A stretch of DNA of 15,056 bases from Armatimonadia bacterium (GTDB lineage: Bacteria > Armatimonadota > Zipacnadia > Zipacnadales > UBA11051): NCBI GenBank assembly GCA_039683575.1, contig JBDKRC010000200.1, positions 1 to 15,056 on the forward strand, read 5' to 3'. The notes beneath the pieces are model-generated. The model worked only from the letters and a program-made list of their open reading frames with translations, did no database searches and was not told the origin of the DNA. Below, piece by piece: positions 14,200-15,056 of this stretch (positions are counted from its first letter, which is position 1; each line of letters begins with the position of its first letter). A program made the position numbers and the translations under genes.

Positions 14200-14745
14200 C
14201 TACCCCAACTCAATCCCCAAGTCATCCCCGTCCCCCTCTTCTTTCTCCTCCTCCAGGTCACCCAACTCAATATCCAACTCCACTTCCGGCTGATACAGGT
14301 CTTTGGTATCCACCGGCAGCAAATGGGCATTCTGCTCGGCCCAGTGCGCGGCGACGGCATTGAGCGGGCTCTTGGGGTTGTAGTCCTGGTACATGATCAT
14401 CTGACCGATCTTGATGATGATGTCCACGACGGTCTCCCCGGCGGCCCAGAAGTCTCCGATGCAGATATAGCTCCCGAAGTTCGGGTGGAAGATCGGCGTC
14501 TCGAGCACACACTTGGGCTTCTCGCGCGGGTAGTCCTTGTGCAGATAGATCCGCGCCCGGTGATAGTCACGGGTCTTGGGCCGGTTGGTGGTAGGATCGA
14601 GTTCGAGCCCGCGAACGCGGTACTCGATCACATACTCCTCCGTTGGATCGCCGGCTCCGGGTGTCACGGTAATATAAGTGTGCCCTGAAAACTCATTCAG
14701 GACGGCCTGGTAATCCGAATAGATGCGGCGCAATCGAGCATTCAT
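14200..14745 (-). CDS. Ubiquitin-conjugating enzyme E2 (UBC fold)-like protein with acidic C-terminal tail
   Basis: 181 aa: helix-1 'RLRRIYSDY', 'IYLHKDYPREKP...ETPIFHPN' (HPN at 87-89), candidate catalytic Cys95 in 'YICIGDFW', and 'YNPKSPLNAVAA'. ATG at 14745 with GGGGA upstream; the ORF-track start at 14928 is probably too long. Confidence 0.88.
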   Translation of the reverse strand: MNARLRRIYSDYQAVLNEFSGHTYITVTPGAGDPTEEYVIEYRVRGLELDPTTNRPKTRDYHRARIYLHKDYPREKPKCVLETPIFHPNFGSYICIGDFWAAGETVVDIIIKIGQMIMYQDYNPKSPLNAVAAHWAEQNAHLLPVDTKDLYQPEVELDIELGDLEEEKEEGDGDDLGIELG

Positions 14746-14785
14746 GCAAAGATCCCCTGAAGCGGGTAATACGCAAACCCAGCAA

Positions 14786-14815
14786 AGCATACTAGAACAG
14801 TAAGGGAAAACGCAA
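14786..14815 (-). promoter_or_regulatory. Possible sigma70-type promoter for the E2-RING pair
   Basis: Minus strand reads TTGCGT, 18-bp spacer, TATGCT, in an AT-richer patch about 40 nt upstream of the E2 start. Confidence 0.4.
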
Positions 14816-15056
14816 GGAGCCACCTCGCCGCCCGGCCGCCGGAGGGGCCGAGCTTCAGCCGGCCCGCCGTCATCCCCGATCCACCAATGTGCCCTCGGAG
14901 GGGCCGCATGCGCAGCCTCATCGCGCATCCGGCCCAGCCGTTATCCCCGACCAACCCTCCCCCTCACCTCGCCATCTCTAGAACCCCCCAACCCCCTCGC
15001 CAGGTTCCACCCCACACCTCCCCCCCTGCCAAGCCACGCCTGAAAATGGGGACTGA

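Noticed and set aside
14746-14928. N-terminal extension of the E2 ORF
   Set aside because: UBC similarity begins at MNARLRR (14745), which has an RBS-like GGGGA, and the extension overlaps a putative promoter.

Overview
High-GC bacterial window; the lineage cannot be determined here, although the gene content is compatible with an Armatimonadota/Planctomycetota-like organism (inference). Genes in order: the 3' end of an esterase, a Gfo/Idh/MocA oxidoreductase, a presenilin/SPP-like GxGD intramembrane protease, a small CxxC protein, rpoZ with a long acidic tail, dnaJ, a GT-C-type membrane glycosyltransferase, prmA, a PK_C-like protein, a URO-D-like protein, an orphan sugar ABC permease and a secreted P-domain protein. 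The main finding is a minus-strand gene pair at the right end: a eukaryote-like ubiquitin-conjugating enzyme E2 (HPN motif, Cys95, acidic tail) directly upstream of a membrane-anchored zinc-ribbon + RING-finger protein. This is a candidate bacterial E2/E3 ubiquitination-like module, with no E1, Ubl or JAB gene in the window. Most intergenic regions contain REP/REPIN/MITE-like palindromes from about eight families. Near-consensus divergent sigma70 promoters lie at 3213-3309, and the leftward one may drive an unannotated structured RNA of about 120 nt. All calls come from motif recognition by eye; no searches were run.
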